Source: Candidatus Poribacteria bacterium
Lineage (GTDB): Bacteria > Poribacteria > WGA-4E > WGA-3G
Length of the DNA: 64,000 nucleotides
Reading direction: 5' to 3'
Assembly (NCBI GenBank): GCA_022828145.1
Contig: JAJEJA010000061.1
Location: 66,081-130,080, forward strand
Shown one piece after another: positions 9,576-20,219 of this stretch (its first letter is position 1; each line of letters starts with the position of its first letter). A program made the position numbers and the translations under genes. The notes under the pieces were generated by a model that had not been told where the DNA came from, did not search any database, and worked only from the letters and a program-made list of their open reading frames with translations.

Positions 9576-10741
9576 AAAAAAAGATTTTTGATCACTGCCA
9601 ACGCCATTACGATGACATCGTCTCAATTCGACGTGATATTCATCAACATCCTGAAATAGGGTTTGAGGTAGAACGCACTGCAGGAATTGTTGCAGATGCA
9701 CTAAACAGACTCGACATTCCGGTTAACACCGGTATTGGTAGAACCGGCGTTGTCGGAAATCTTGATGTTCCTGGCGCAACGAAACGGATAGCACTACGCG
9801 CAGATATGGACGCATTGCCTATTCAGGAACAGACAGAAGTGCCGTTCAAGTCTAAGTTTGATGGGAAAGCACATCTATGTGGACATGACGCACATACAGC
9901 CATGTTAATCGGAACGGCAAGGGTATTGACTGAACTTAGAAGCAGCCTCAAAACGCATATCCGTCTGATTTTTCAACCGTGTGAGGAGTCATATCCCGGC
10001 GGCGCACAAGCTATGATCAACGATAGCGTTTTAAACGATGTGGACGAGATATACGGGTTTCATGTTTTCCCTCTATATCCTGTCGGTCATTATGCTACAT
10101 GCAAGGGACCTATGCTTGCACAATCAGATACCTTTGAAATAACTATCACAGGTAAAGGTGGACACGCTGCATTCCCACATCTGACAGTTGATCCTGTGCT
10201 ATTAGGTGCGCAGTTCGTCAATGCTGCACAATCTATTGTTTCAAGAAACGTCAACCCTTTGGATTCAGCAGTCGTAAGTATTACAGAGTTCCACGCGGGA
10301 GATGCTAAGAATGTTATTCCCCCATCAATCACATTAGGGGGAACGGTTCGAACTTTAAATCTGACAGTCCAGAAAAGAATAATAACACAGTTAGAGAATC
10401 TCCTGAAAGGAATAACGACTGCCAACGATGCCAGTTACCGTTTTGATTACCAAGAAGGATGTCCAGTTACATTTAACCATGACCCGTGTGTTGAGCGTGT
10501 TCTCTCGTCCGCAAGAACATTAGTGGGTGAAGAGAATACCATCTTCCCAATTTCCCCCATACTCGGGGGTGAGGACTTTGCATGTTATTCGCAGCAGACA
10601 CCGGCATGTTTTGTTATGGTCGGGGCAGGAAATGAGCAGAAAGGTATCGTAAACATGTGTCATCATCCACAATTTGATATTGATGAAAAATCAATGCTAT
10701 ACGGTATGGCATTGTCAGTGTCTATTGCCCTAAAAGGATAA
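9572..10741 (+). CDS. M20D-family amidohydrolase (hippurate hydrolase / N-acyl-L-amino-acid amidohydrolase type).
   Basis: Motifs IHQHPEIGFEV, CGHDAHTAMLIG and GGEDFA are present. Confidence 0.8.
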   Translation: MKKKIFDHCQRHYDDIVSIRRDIHQHPEIGFEVERTAGIVADALNRLDIPVNTGIGRTGVVGNLDVPGATKRIALRADMDALPIQEQTEVPFKSKFDGKAHLCGHDAHTAMLIGTARVLTELRSSLKTHIRLIFQPCEESYPGGAQAMINDSVLNDVDEIYGFHVFPLYPVGHYATCKGPMLAQSDTFEITITGKGGHAAFPHLTVDPVLLGAQFVNAAQSIVSRNVNPLDSAVVSITEFHAGDAKNVIPPSITLGGTVRTLNLTVQKRIITQLENLLKGITTANDASYRFDYQEGCPVTFNHDPCVERVLSSARTLVGEENTIFPISPILGGEDFACYSQQTPACFVMVGAGNEQKGIVNMCHHPQFDIDEKSMLYGMALSVSIALKG

Positions 10742-10825
10742 CCCTCAAAAATGTGTAAGATGATTAAGAAACAGTTAAATTACGACAACATATATCGGAA
10801 TACCTTCCTACAAGTTCAATTTAAA

Positions 10826-13096
10826 ATGTGCCTGTTATTGATTTTAATCTGTATAGCGAATACCGGTTTCGCGCAGATTCAACATAAGAATGGGCAACCT
10901 AAGAATGATAACGCACAGTCGAGATTAGAGACAATAAGGGCAGTTCAGAAGGCAAATGACCACTACTATGAAAAACGTTATGCAGAAGCAATAGAGGCAT
11001 ATCAGACACTTCTTAAAGGCGATCTCACTGTTAGCCAGAAAGGCTCTATACGTCTCATGTTAGGACAGAGTTATGTAAGACTTAGTAAAGATACAGAAGC
11101 AAAAAAAACCCTTACTGAGCTTATCAATGAAGCCCCTAACGGTACATACGCAACCCAGGCTGTTCATCAACTCACAAGTCTTTATAGGCAACGTTACCAG
11201 ATTAAAGAGGCTATTGTCTTGAGCAAACACTTAGTCAAACAACATCCTGATACTGCTGTTGCTGCTGTTGCTGCTTACCTTAATGCCTACTTTGAATATA
11301 TGGATGGACAGTTTGATGCGGCAATTGAAAGCTACAAACTATTCTTGAAAAACTACCCAGACTCAATATATAGCGCAACTGCAATAAACAGTTTAGTACG
11401 ATTATACACTGCAAATGAAAAGTTCGCTGAAGCAGAAAAACTCATAAATGAACGTATTAAACTAAATCCATCAGATACATCACTCTTAGAGGGATTAGCA
11501 ACACTTTATCAACAACAGGGTAAATATCAGAAAGCCTTGGAACTATACAAGAATGTCCTTGAAAAGAATCCTAATAGTGCGACAATCCGTGAAAAACTCG
11601 GCTCACTCTATATTGAAATCGGAGACAAGGAGAAAGCGATCGTAGAATGGGAAAAAATGGTAACAGATGGTTTCGATAGATATCAGCAACTCGGCACTTT
11701 ATACTTGTCACATAAAATGTATGATGAAGCGATAGAAGCATTTCTCAAGGCAATTCAAGCATACCCAACCTACGGATATCTCTATACACAACTCGCCTTC
11801 GCATACAAAATACAAGGAAACATTGATAAAGCTGCGAGGACTTACCTTGAAGGATTACGGCAAATCGGTTCGAGTGCCAGTCAAAGAGAATCGATATGGG
11901 AAGCGATGCTCGAAATCTATCAAGGGGAGCAGCAGAAACCGCTGAGAGAAAAACTGATCGCAGAATATAGAAATGCGCTAAAGACTTCACCCAATAATCT
12001 GAATACAGCAATCATATTGGGAGAACTCTATTTCTATGACAGACAATTTGATGATACGCTCAAAACTTACAAACTTGTTCACCGTTTCTTTCCAACAACG
12101 ATTGAGTCAGCATTGCAAAGACTAGCAAGAATCTTAGAGAGAGACCGAGACCCTCAAGCAATAACGTTCTTCACAACGCTGCTGGGACTATCAAAAAACA
12201 TAAACATCTTGACAAATACACGGTATTCCCTGGCGAAGATATACCAGAATCTTGAGCAATGGGACCAAGCAGCAGCTACCTTGAAAGAGCTTGATAAAAA
12301 CAGTGCAGCATCAATAGAAAGCAAATTGATGCGTGCAAAAATCCAATTGTACGGTCTCCACAATCCAAAGGAAGCACAAATAACACTGCAACCCTTGCTG
12401 ACGAAAAGATTAGATCACAGCCAATACATGCAGGTACAATTGACCCTCGGTGAAATCCATTTATTGTTAGGTAGGTATACACTTGCAAGACAGGTACTGA
12501 CACCTATTGCAGATAGTATAAGTCCTTTTAGTTCTTCAGCCAGAAAGTTAATCGGAGATTCATACCTCTTTGCTACAGAATTTGATCAAGCTCTTAAAGA
12601 ATACAGAAAAGCAGTATTAAGAACACAATCAGATAAACTCACTAACGATGCACTTGAACGGATAGTACTCATCCAAGCGAACACGGATTATCTTGGTATA
12701 CCTATAAGTGATTATGTTAATGCACTTCAACATTACTTAAGTGGTGATGCCAAAACTGCAATTGTCCAATGTGAAGACACAATCTCACTACATAACAAAT
12801 CACTGATTGTTGATGACATGTGGATGCTTCTTGGACGCATACACAGATCACAGAAGTCTTTTGGTGATGCCATACATTCGTTTCGTCAAGTCGTTACGCT
12901 GGAAAGTTCTTTAGCACCGCATGCATTGACGAACATCGCAGAAATATATCAACAGAAACAGGATTGGACGAATGCACTTGAAACGTATACAACACTGTTA
13001 ACTACATTTCCTAACAACACCATCGTTCCACATGCACGGCAGCAGATGGATAACGTCACAAAGTACATTAAAAACATAGGTTCAAACACACCTTGA
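10826..13096 (+). CDS. Secreted tetratricopeptide-repeat (TPR) protein.
   Basis: Signal peptide at the internal ATG 10826. There are many TPR-like helical repeats (AxxxY/L spacing). Confidence 0.65.
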   Translation: MCLLLILICIANTGFAQIQHKNGQPKNDNAQSRLETIRAVQKANDHYYEKRYAEAIEAYQTLLKGDLTVSQKGSIRLMLGQSYVRLSKDTEAKKTLTELINEAPNGTYATQAVHQLTSLYRQRYQIKEAIVLSKHLVKQHPDTAVAAVAAYLNAYFEYMDGQFDAAIESYKLFLKNYPDSIYSATAINSLVRLYTANEKFAEAEKLINERIKLNPSDTSLLEGLATLYQQQGKYQKALELYKNVLEKNPNSATIREKLGSLYIEIGDKEKAIVEWEKMVTDGFDRYQQLGTLYLSHKMYDEAIEAFLKAIQAYPTYGYLYTQLAFAYKIQGNIDKAARTYLEGLRQIGSSASQRESIWEAMLEIYQGEQQKPLREKLIAEYRNALKTSPNNLNTAIILGELYFYDRQFDDTLKTYKLVHRFFPTTIESALQRLARILERDRDPQAITFFTTLLGLSKNINILTNTRYSLAKIYQNLEQWDQAAATLKELDKNSAASIESKLMRAKIQLYGLHNPKEAQITLQPLLTKRLDHSQYMQVQLTLGEIHLLLGRYTLARQVLTPIADSISPFSSSARKLIGDSYLFATEFDQALKEYRKAVLRTQSDKLTNDALERIVLIQANTDYLGIPISDYVNALQHYLSGDAKTAIVQCEDTISLHNKSLIVDDMWMLLGRIHRSQKSFGDAIHSFRQVVTLESSLAPHALTNIAEIYQQKQDWTNALETYTTLLTTFPNNTIVPHARQQMDNVTKYIKNIGSNTP

Positions 13097-14817
13097 GTAT
13101 CATCAAACTGTCTGGCAGCCTTAGAACAGTGCCAAAAATACCGATAAAAATTGAGATATTATCCTTTTTTTGGCTACTATCTAACATTCTACTACTACCT
13201 ACCATAGCACAAATACCCACTGTTCATTTTACTGACCAGACAGAAGAATCTGGAATTACCTTTCGACACATAAATGGTGTATCTAAACACAGATATCTTC
13301 CGGAAACTATGGGAGCAGGATGTCTATTTTTTGACTATAACAGTGATGATCTTCTTGACATCTATCTCGTCAACAGTGGTCGTTCTTGTGAAAACATAGA
13401 CCTGCCGAGACAGGAACCGGACGAAATGAACGCGCTCTATCGCAATAACGGAGATGGGACATTCACAGATGTAACTGTAGAAGCTGGATTGGATAAGAAT
13501 ATTGGTTATGGGATGGGGTGTATCTCTGCTGACTACGATAACGATGGCGACCCTGACCTATATCTCACGAACTATGGTAAAAACCAGTTCTATCGCAACA
13601 ATGGTGACGGAACTTTTACTGACATAACACAGACTGCAGGTGTCGCGGACCCTAATTGGAGTGTGAGCGCATCTTTCGGAGACTATAATCTGGATGGATT
13701 TCTTGATCTGTATGTCACAAACTACCTTGACTATAAGATAGAGACTGCACATCCATGTTCTCTTGAAGGTATCCACATATATTGTGGACCACACGAGTAT
13801 CCGGGGATATCAGATACACTCTATCGTAACAATGGTGATGGCACGTTCACTGATGTAACTACCACGGCTGGCCTTAGGAACAGTGGTAAAGGATTAGGCG
13901 TGATTTTTACAGACTATAATGATGATGGATACCCAGATATCTTAGTCGCTAACGATGCTGTCGCTGACTTTCTCTATAGAAACAATAGAGACGGTTCGTT
14001 TACTGACGTGGCTATCGCTGCAGGTATCGCATTCAATTCTGAGGGACGTGAAACCGGAAGTATGGGGATCGCTGATGGAGACTATGACAACGATGGAAGA
14101 ACAGATTTTCTCATCACGAACTTTTCATTAGAGGTTAACAGTCTCTTCAGGAACGAGGGTGATGGCAATTTCACAATGACAACATATCAAACAGGCATTG
14201 CAGAACCCAGCTTTAATAGGCTCGGTTTCGGCACACAATTCCTTGATGCTGACAATGATGGACATTTAGATCTGTTCGTTGCCAACGGACATGTATGGGA
14301 TAATGTATCCAAAATTACGCCCACGCTATCTTATAGACAGAAAAGTCAGTTCTTTTATAACACAGGAAAGGGGAGATTCACGGATAGTTCCGATACGGCA
14401 GGGGAACATTTCAAAAACCCGATCGTCGCACGCGGCACTGCGATAGGTGACTATGACAACGACGGTGATTCTGACATATTGGTAACAACTTCCAATAACA
14501 GACCCTTTCTATTGCGGAATGACTCGAATACACACAACACTTGGCTAAAAATAAAACTGATAGGTGCAAGCAACAACCGGGATGCAATCGGTGCGAAAAT
14601 AACGGTCAAAACTGAGAATCTAACGCAATTCAGAGAGGTGTCTTGTGGTGGCAGCTACGCATCTTGCAGCTCCCGCATACTACTATTTGGGTTAGGAAAG
14701 AATAGAATCGTGAAGTCATTAGAAGTGAAATGGTTAGACAGCAAAGGAACAGAATTGGGCAAGACGATTGAGAATATAGCACCAAATGAGACTATTATAA
14801 TCGAGGAAACCCGATGA
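13093..14817 (+). CDS. CRTAC1-family protein with FG-GAP/VCBS repeats and a C-terminal ASPIC/UnbV domain.
   Basis: Repeated YRNNGDGTFTD(V/I)T motifs. The C-terminal UnbV_ASPIC-like segment reads NRDAIGAKITV...SCGGSYAS. It overlaps the upstream TPR gene by 4 nt. Confidence 0.8.
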   Translation: MSIIKLSGSLRTVPKIPIKIEILSFFWLLSNILLLPTIAQIPTVHFTDQTEESGITFRHINGVSKHRYLPETMGAGCLFFDYNSDDLLDIYLVNSGRSCENIDLPRQEPDEMNALYRNNGDGTFTDVTVEAGLDKNIGYGMGCISADYDNDGDPDLYLTNYGKNQFYRNNGDGTFTDITQTAGVADPNWSVSASFGDYNLDGFLDLYVTNYLDYKIETAHPCSLEGIHIYCGPHEYPGISDTLYRNNGDGTFTDVTTTAGLRNSGKGLGVIFTDYNDDGYPDILVANDAVADFLYRNNRDGSFTDVAIAAGIAFNSEGRETGSMGIADGDYDNDGRTDFLITNFSLEVNSLFRNEGDGNFTMTTYQTGIAEPSFNRLGFGTQFLDADNDGHLDLFVANGHVWDNVSKITPTLSYRQKSQFFYNTGKGRFTDSSDTAGEHFKNPIVARGTAIGDYDNDGDSDILVTTSNNRPFLLRNDSNTHNTWLKIKLIGASNNRDAIGAKITVKTENLTQFREVSCGGSYASCSSRILLFGLGKNRIVKSLEVKWLDSKGTELGKTIENIAPNETIIIEETR

Positions 14818-14868
14818 TTCTTGATAGAGATTGCAAATAATACCTCGGGACGGTAAATTGACAGTCCA

Positions 14869-16788
14869 CTACGCCGTCCTAAAATCAATTACCGTCTGAC
14901 GATACTCCTCCGGAAGGCCGATGTCAAAACGCCGTCCCTTCACCACATACCCAGAAAAACCGTCCGCTTTCCGCAAATCGTCTAAACAAGATGTCAGTTG
15001 AAACTCACCCCGTTCCCGGAAATTGTGTTCTATGTTCTGTTCAAGAAAACCGAATATCTGCGGTTCAATCACATAGATACCAAACACAGTCAGGAAATTC
15101 TCACTTTTCATGCCATCTACATGTAAGTGTTCTCTGGCATAATCCGGGTCAGGTTTCTCGTAAAACTCAGTTACCGACAACATTGCCCCTTCTTCCTTCC
15201 AGACACCCGTCACACAACCGAAATTTGACAACTCGTCAATTGGCGTCTCTTTTAATCCTACGACACTATGACCAACGCGTTCATAAGCATCCAATACCTG
15301 TCTTGCACACGAGCTCGGTTCTTCAGACCCGTAGAGATGATCCCCTAACATCAATAGAAAAGGCTCATTACCTACCCACTCCCTTGCACAGTAAACAGCA
15401 TGACCGAAACCCTCCTGAACATCTTGCACAACTAAGGTTATACGACCCCCTAATTCAATAAGATAGTCGCAATATGCCTTATTCTCTTTGCTAAGTTTAT
15501 TGTAATGTTCAATCCGTGGGGGTGTCTTGAAAAATGATTCAAACAGGTCTATATCTGCTTCCTGAACGATCAAACAGACTTCTTCAATACCTGCATTAAC
15601 TGCTTCTTCAACGATCGCCATAATCGCGGGTTTTGCCCGTCCGCTTCGATCAACTATTGGAAACAGTTCCTTTTTCATTGCCTTAGATGCAGGAAAAAGG
15701 CGAGTGCCAAAACCTGCAGCGGGAATAACTGCTTTTCTAACGTGTTTACTCGCTTCTATAACGAGTTTCAGGCAAGACATTTTTAAATCCCTCTCAATTA
15801 TCTCAATTACTCTACTCTGACTCTCTTCATCCTTAACGATGAATTGTGCAGAACCGTCCCCTTGGGAACCTACACCTTTACCACCCCAGATATAGGGTTG
15901 AATTGGTTCATAGTTTAGAACTTTATGTAGGATCGGTGCGGTCAATTGCGTAGGACATGCAGGTATCAGATGTTTGTCAAACTCTTGCTGTGCCCGTGTC
16001 ATCAGTTTACCGACTGCTTCTGCATCTCCCTGCCGAAGAGCTTCATAAGCATCTAATGTAATCTCCGCGCTGAGTGGTCCCAGAAAGTGTTGAACATTTC
16101 GCTGTAGATCATTTTCCGCAAATGGAAAACAGTGACTCAATTGCGTTAGAATCAACCGTGTATCTTTTCCGGCACCTAAGTCAACAATCACCATATATAG
16201 ATTCGTTGGCACACTAAATTCTTTCACATCTAATAGGTCGCCATCAAAACGCATCAGGATCGGATGTTGGTAAGCGCACCCTTGATCCATACGACCGCAC
16301 CGAGATGGTGTAGTCGTTTCCCCTCGGTATGCGTATTCCATTTCTCCGCGTGTCGTCATTTTAAGATCGTATATCCGGTTAAATGCTCTGGCAACCATAA
16401 CGCAAATTGCTGCACTTGAAGATAGTCCTTTTTTCACAGGTAAATCGGTCAGATAGTTATCTATCTCTAAACCTTGCACGCGATAGTTTGTCAGGATCTG
16501 GTATGCGACCCCAGCAGCGTAACTGAAGAACCCGCCTTTTTCCGCCTCCTCAAGTAGGGATTCCGGATCCATAGGTAAGGTATAAGGACCGTGTCTTGTT
16601 CCATCGCTAAGACTGGTTTTTAAAATCAGGCTCGTTGGATGGGGTTGAACGTCTGCGTAGACACCTTGATTAGTGCTTGTGATGAGTGTATATCCCTTGT
16701 GAATTTCTGCATTTTTCAGGCGGTAATGGGCTGCCCAATCACTATGTTCACCAAAAAGACATATCCGTCCTGGAACAAATAATTTCAT
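14869..16788 (-). CDS. Bifunctional protein. The N-terminal half is a GHMP-family sugar-1-kinase (galactokinase-like). The C-terminal half is a sugar-1-phosphate nucleotidyltransferase (UDP-glucose pyrophosphorylase-like).
   Basis: GHMP motifs PGRICLFGEHSD and KKGLSSSAAI are present. The GalU-like motif KAVIPAAGFGTRLFPASKAMKKELFPIV follows them. Confidence 0.75.
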   Translation of the reverse strand: MKLFVPGRICLFGEHSDWAAHYRLKNAEIHKGYTLITSTNQGVYADVQPHPTSLILKTSLSDGTRHGPYTLPMDPESLLEEAEKGGFFSYAAGVAYQILTNYRVQGLEIDNYLTDLPVKKGLSSSAAICVMVARAFNRIYDLKMTTRGEMEYAYRGETTTPSRCGRMDQGCAYQHPILMRFDGDLLDVKEFSVPTNLYMVIVDLGAGKDTRLILTQLSHCFPFAENDLQRNVQHFLGPLSAEITLDAYEALRQGDAEAVGKLMTRAQQEFDKHLIPACPTQLTAPILHKVLNYEPIQPYIWGGKGVGSQGDGSAQFIVKDEESQSRVIEIIERDLKMSCLKLVIEASKHVRKAVIPAAGFGTRLFPASKAMKKELFPIVDRSGRAKPAIMAIVEEAVNAGIEEVCLIVQEADIDLFESFFKTPPRIEHYNKLSKENKAYCDYLIELGGRITLVVQDVQEGFGHAVYCAREWVGNEPFLLMLGDHLYGSEEPSSCARQVLDAYERVGHSVVGLKETPIDELSNFGCVTGVWKEEGAMLSVTEFYEKPDPDYAREHLHVDGMKSENFLTVFGIYVIEPQIFGFLEQNIEHNFRERGEFQLTSCLDDLRKADGFSGYVVKGRRFDIGLPEEYRQTVIDFRTA

Positions 16789-16843
16789 CGCATATCCTTC
16801 TTCTTTGGCAAAATTTGATAATAATTATACTCTATCCCACTTA

Positions 16844-16868
16844 GGGTAGGTGCGATTTCCTAATCGCG
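16844..16868. repeat. Half-copy of the REP-F arm (GGTAGGTGCGATTTCCTAATCGCGC).
   Basis: Near-identical to the arm GGTAGGAGCGATCTCCGAATCGCGAC at 62552-62577. Confidence 0.45.
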
Positions 16869-17091
16869 CTATAACTGACAAGTGTGTTTCTACAAAAACT
16901 ATACAAACACCACATATATATTATAAACTGAAATGCAAGTCTCGTCAACATGACTTTTCAGTGACAGTATTCTGCCGAACCGCTTCTTTCGCATGATGGG
17001 AGTCGTTTGTGGGGGAATGCGGATCCGTTGTTGCGGGATGAGAAGTCTACTGTGGGTGAGCCGCCACCATAGATTTCATAGTTAATCGCCG

Positions 17092-19461
17092 CTACTTGGT
17101 GTTCTCGAGTTCTTGGAGTGATTGCTCAATCTCAGTTTTCATATCTTGGTTGTCGGTTTGTTCTGCAAGTTCCAAGGCTATCTGAAAAGCTTTTCTTGCT
17201 TTCTCGAAATTCTCTCTTGCATATTCCTGAGTAGAACCTAAGTGAGCATTTGCCTTGCTTTGAGCCTCGGCAGCTTCGGCAAAAATCCGATATGAATCAC
17301 CTCTATTCTTACCTTCGTTATAATAAACTCTAATAGCTTTTTGGAAATCTGCTTCTGCTTCCTGAGTAGAACCCAAGTGAGCTTTTGCTTTGCTTCGAGC
17401 TAAGTAGGCCTCGGCAGCTTCGGCATAATTCCAATCTACAGCAAGGCGGATAGTTTCATTAAGGTCGGCAATCGCTGACTCATATTTTTCTAATGCACAT
17501 TTTGCAAGCGCACGATTGTAGTAGTAAGAACCCGCATATTTCGGGCCAACTTCATTTATCCCATGTATCGCTTTATCATAATCCTTAATTGCTGACTCAT
17601 ATTGTCCTAGTTCGTATTTTATAAGCCCTCGCTGGTAGTAATACGGGTAGTACGAGCTTAACTGTAGGGCTTCATCATAGTCAGCAAGTGCTGATTGATG
17701 TTGGCCCAATACTAACTTTTTTCTCCCTCGAGTACTATATGCATCAGAAGATGGATATAACCGTACTGCTTCGTCGTAGTCAGCAAGTGCCGCTTCGTGC
17801 TGATCTAACATAGATTTTACTCGCCCCCGATTGAGATAACTTTCTGCCAGTTCCCGGGAAGCACTGCTTAAGCGTATTGCTTCGTCATAATCCTCAATCG
17901 CAGCCTCGTATCGTCCTAAATTGTCTTTTGCCTCTGCTCGGTTGGTGTATGCCTCAGCAAAATCAGGTTTTAGGCGAATTGTCTCATTGTAATCAGCAAC
18001 TGCAGCCTCATATTGGCGAAGTTTGTACTTTGCAGTTCCGCGGTTCTTGTATGCTTCCGCATCATCTGGATTATAATCTATTACCGTATCATAATCGGCA
18101 ATTGCTGCTTCGTAATCCCCTAACTTCTCTTTTACCTCTGCTCGGTTGAAGTATGCCTCCACATCATCTGGATTTAGGTGAAGAGCTTCATCGTAATCAA
18201 CAATCGCCTCCTTGTATCGTTTTAGCTTAACTTTAGCATATCCCCGGTTGAAATAGACATCGGCATTTTTCGGGTGGCGTTCTATGACTGTATCATAATC
18301 CGTAATAGCTGCTTCGTAGTTACCTAACTGTTTCTTAGTTTCGCCGCGCATAAAGTAAACAAGGTAGTGATCAAAGCTCAGATGGATTGCCTTATCAAAG
18401 TCATCAATTACTTCATTAAACCGTTCCAATGCAAACTTCGCGCGGCCTCGGTTGAAGTATGCATGTGCAAAGTCAGAATTGAGTCCGAGCGTTTTATCAA
18501 AGTCGGCAATTGCAGATTCAAACTGATCTAATTCAAGCTTTATACAGCCCCGATTATAATAGACTTCGGTGTGAGATGAATCTAAAGAAATGGCTTCGTC
18601 AAAATCAGCGATTGCTTCGTCAAATTGGCGAAGGTATCCTTTTGAAAGTCCTCGGGCGTAATAGGTCTTGAAATCGTCTGCTTTTATCTGGAGGGAAATG
18701 TCAAAATCAGCGATTGCGTCTTCATATTGTTCCAGGCTCCCCTTGGCACAGCCCCTTAAGGTGTAGACGAGGGGAGCCTCTGGTTTAAGCACTATTACCT
18801 CATCATAGTCAGCAATGGCAAGTTCATATTGGTGGAGTTCGCTCCGGGCTAAGCCTCGATTATAATAGGCATCTACGTTCTTCGGATCAAGCCGGATTGC
18901 CTTATCATAATCAGAAATTGCAGACTCATATTCCTCTTGCAAGAATTTTGTAGCCCCTCGGTCATTGTAAAAAAGGGGGTTATCTGGTTTGAGTCGTATT
19001 GCTTCATCATAATCAACGATGGCAGCTTCAAGTTGAACTGCTTTAGAGTAATTAGTGTATTCAGATCGGCGTTGCTCCAACACTCTCTTCAGATTACCGC
19101 GGTTATAGTAGGCATCCGCATAGTCTGGTTTGAGCTCGATCGCCTTGTCGTAGGCGGAATAAGTCTTTTCCACGAAATCGCGTCCCTTATCGTCTTCTGA
19201 GAGGAGGCATCCTACGGCAAGCCAAGCATGGGCAGCTAGTTCGTTGTTGGGTCCCTCAGCGATAGTAGCGACAGCCTGCCACTTTTCAATGGCATCCTTT
19301 AGTTCTCCGTCGTGTTGCAGCAGGTAGGCATCAATTATCGCTTTGTCCACAAGAGGCAACTCGGTGTTTTGCAGTTCCTCCCGCACAGTTTCCTTAACTT
19401 CTCCAGATTTCTCTGGATCCACAAGGTTTTCTATGAGTTCAATTAGGGTTCTTGTGTTCAT
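17092..19461 (-). CDS. Large TPR-repeat protein with more than 20 repeats.
   Basis: Regular 34-residue repeats (AIADYD.AI.L.P..A.AY.NRG). Confidence 0.8.
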   Translation of the reverse strand: MNTRTLIELIENLVDPEKSGEVKETVREELQNTELPLVDKAIIDAYLLQHDGELKDAIEKWQAVATIAEGPNNELAAHAWLAVGCLLSEDDKGRDFVEKTYSAYDKAIELKPDYADAYYNRGNLKRVLEQRRSEYTNYSKAVQLEAAIVDYDEAIRLKPDNPLFYNDRGATKFLQEEYESAISDYDKAIRLDPKNVDAYYNRGLARSELHQYELAIADYDEVIVLKPEAPLVYTLRGCAKGSLEQYEDAIADFDISLQIKADDFKTYYARGLSKGYLRQFDEAIADFDEAISLDSSHTEVYYNRGCIKLELDQFESAIADFDKTLGLNSDFAHAYFNRGRAKFALERFNEVIDDFDKAIHLSFDHYLVYFMRGETKKQLGNYEAAITDYDTVIERHPKNADVYFNRGYAKVKLKRYKEAIVDYDEALHLNPDDVEAYFNRAEVKEKLGDYEAAIADYDTVIDYNPDDAEAYKNRGTAKYKLRQYEAAVADYNETIRLKPDFAEAYTNRAEAKDNLGRYEAAIEDYDEAIRLSSASRELAESYLNRGRVKSMLDQHEAALADYDEAVRLYPSSDAYSTRGRKKLVLGQHQSALADYDEALQLSSYYPYYYQRGLIKYELGQYESAIKDYDKAIHGINEVGPKYAGSYYYNRALAKCALEKYESAIADLNETIRLAVDWNYAEAAEAYLARSKAKAHLGSTQEAEADFQKAIRVYYNEGKNRGDSYRIFAEAAEAQSKANAHLGSTQEYARENFEKARKAFQIALELAEQTDNQDMKTEIEQSLQELENTK

Positions 19462-19468
19462 GGTTTCT

Positions 19469-20134
19469 TTATGGGGCGATATATTTTGCTAATTTATCTA
19501 ACAAACGTTTATGTCGATCCTGATTAATTTTGCCTAAAACAAATTTCTCAGGTATATCTTTTTTCCTTATCCGACTTAGAAAACCGAGTCGGATCACAGA
19601 TTGTTTAGTAATGTGTTCTTTTAGATCGGAGTCATTAGGATCTTCTGGATCAACAATTTCGTCCAAATCAGGATTATAATATTTCGTTTGTGCGCTTAAG
19701 CCACAAACAAGGAATTCGTTATAGAATTCTCGTAGGCAAATCGCTACTCTTGGCTTGCCCACCCTCTCATAGTACCTGTCAGATTTAAGGTAATTTCCTA
19801 ATCTTTCATACAGCGAAATTAGTTGCACATAGGCATCAGGAGAATTGGGATTACGTTTCACCCAATCCTCAAGCGTATCTATTGCCTTATGAAGTTCCTT
19901 ATTCATCTCATAGAGTGTTGCCAAGTAAAGGCAAACTTCCAAATCATTAGGATTAGTTCTTACTTCTGCCTCTGTCTCCTTTATCAAGACTACAAGGTCT
20001 TTTGGAGATACAACTTTTAATTCCAATTTTGCCCGTTGATACAACTGAAAGTGTTCCAAAATTTCTTTCTGACTTTCTAAGGGGATAAGAATTATAGCCC
20101 CCTCCGTTGCTTTTGCCAAGATATCCTCCTTCAA
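19469..20134 (-). CDS. Hypothetical protein with a TPR-like helical region. It is probably co-transcribed with the large TPR gene.
   Basis: ORF with an 8-nt gap to the downstream gene. No recognisable catalytic motif. Confidence 0.5.
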   Translation of the reverse strand: MKEDILAKATEGAIILIPLESQKEILEHFQLYQRAKLELKVVSPKDLVVLIKETEAEVRTNPNDLEVCLYLATLYEMNKELHKAIDTLEDWVKRNPNSPDAYVQLISLYERLGNYLKSDRYYERVGKPRVAICLREFYNEFLVCGLSAQTKYYNPDLDEIVDPEDPNDSDLKEHITKQSVIRLGFLSRIRKKDIPEKFVLGKINQDRHKRLLDKLAKYIAP

Positions 20135-20219
20135 ATTAATATCTTTTATGTTATAAGCGATCTCACCATCAACGCATGTTGTTGAGAAAATGCTCCTATG
20201 GTAGGTGCGACCTATGTAT

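Noticed and set aside
16789-17091. A 300-bp gap between two minus-strand genes, checked for tRNA or other structured RNA.
   Set aside because: No cloverleaf-compatible segments or T-loop GTTCRANYC motifs were seen. It contains only a REP-F half-site (16844-16868). It is likely a promoter region for the kinase/pyrophosphorylase gene.
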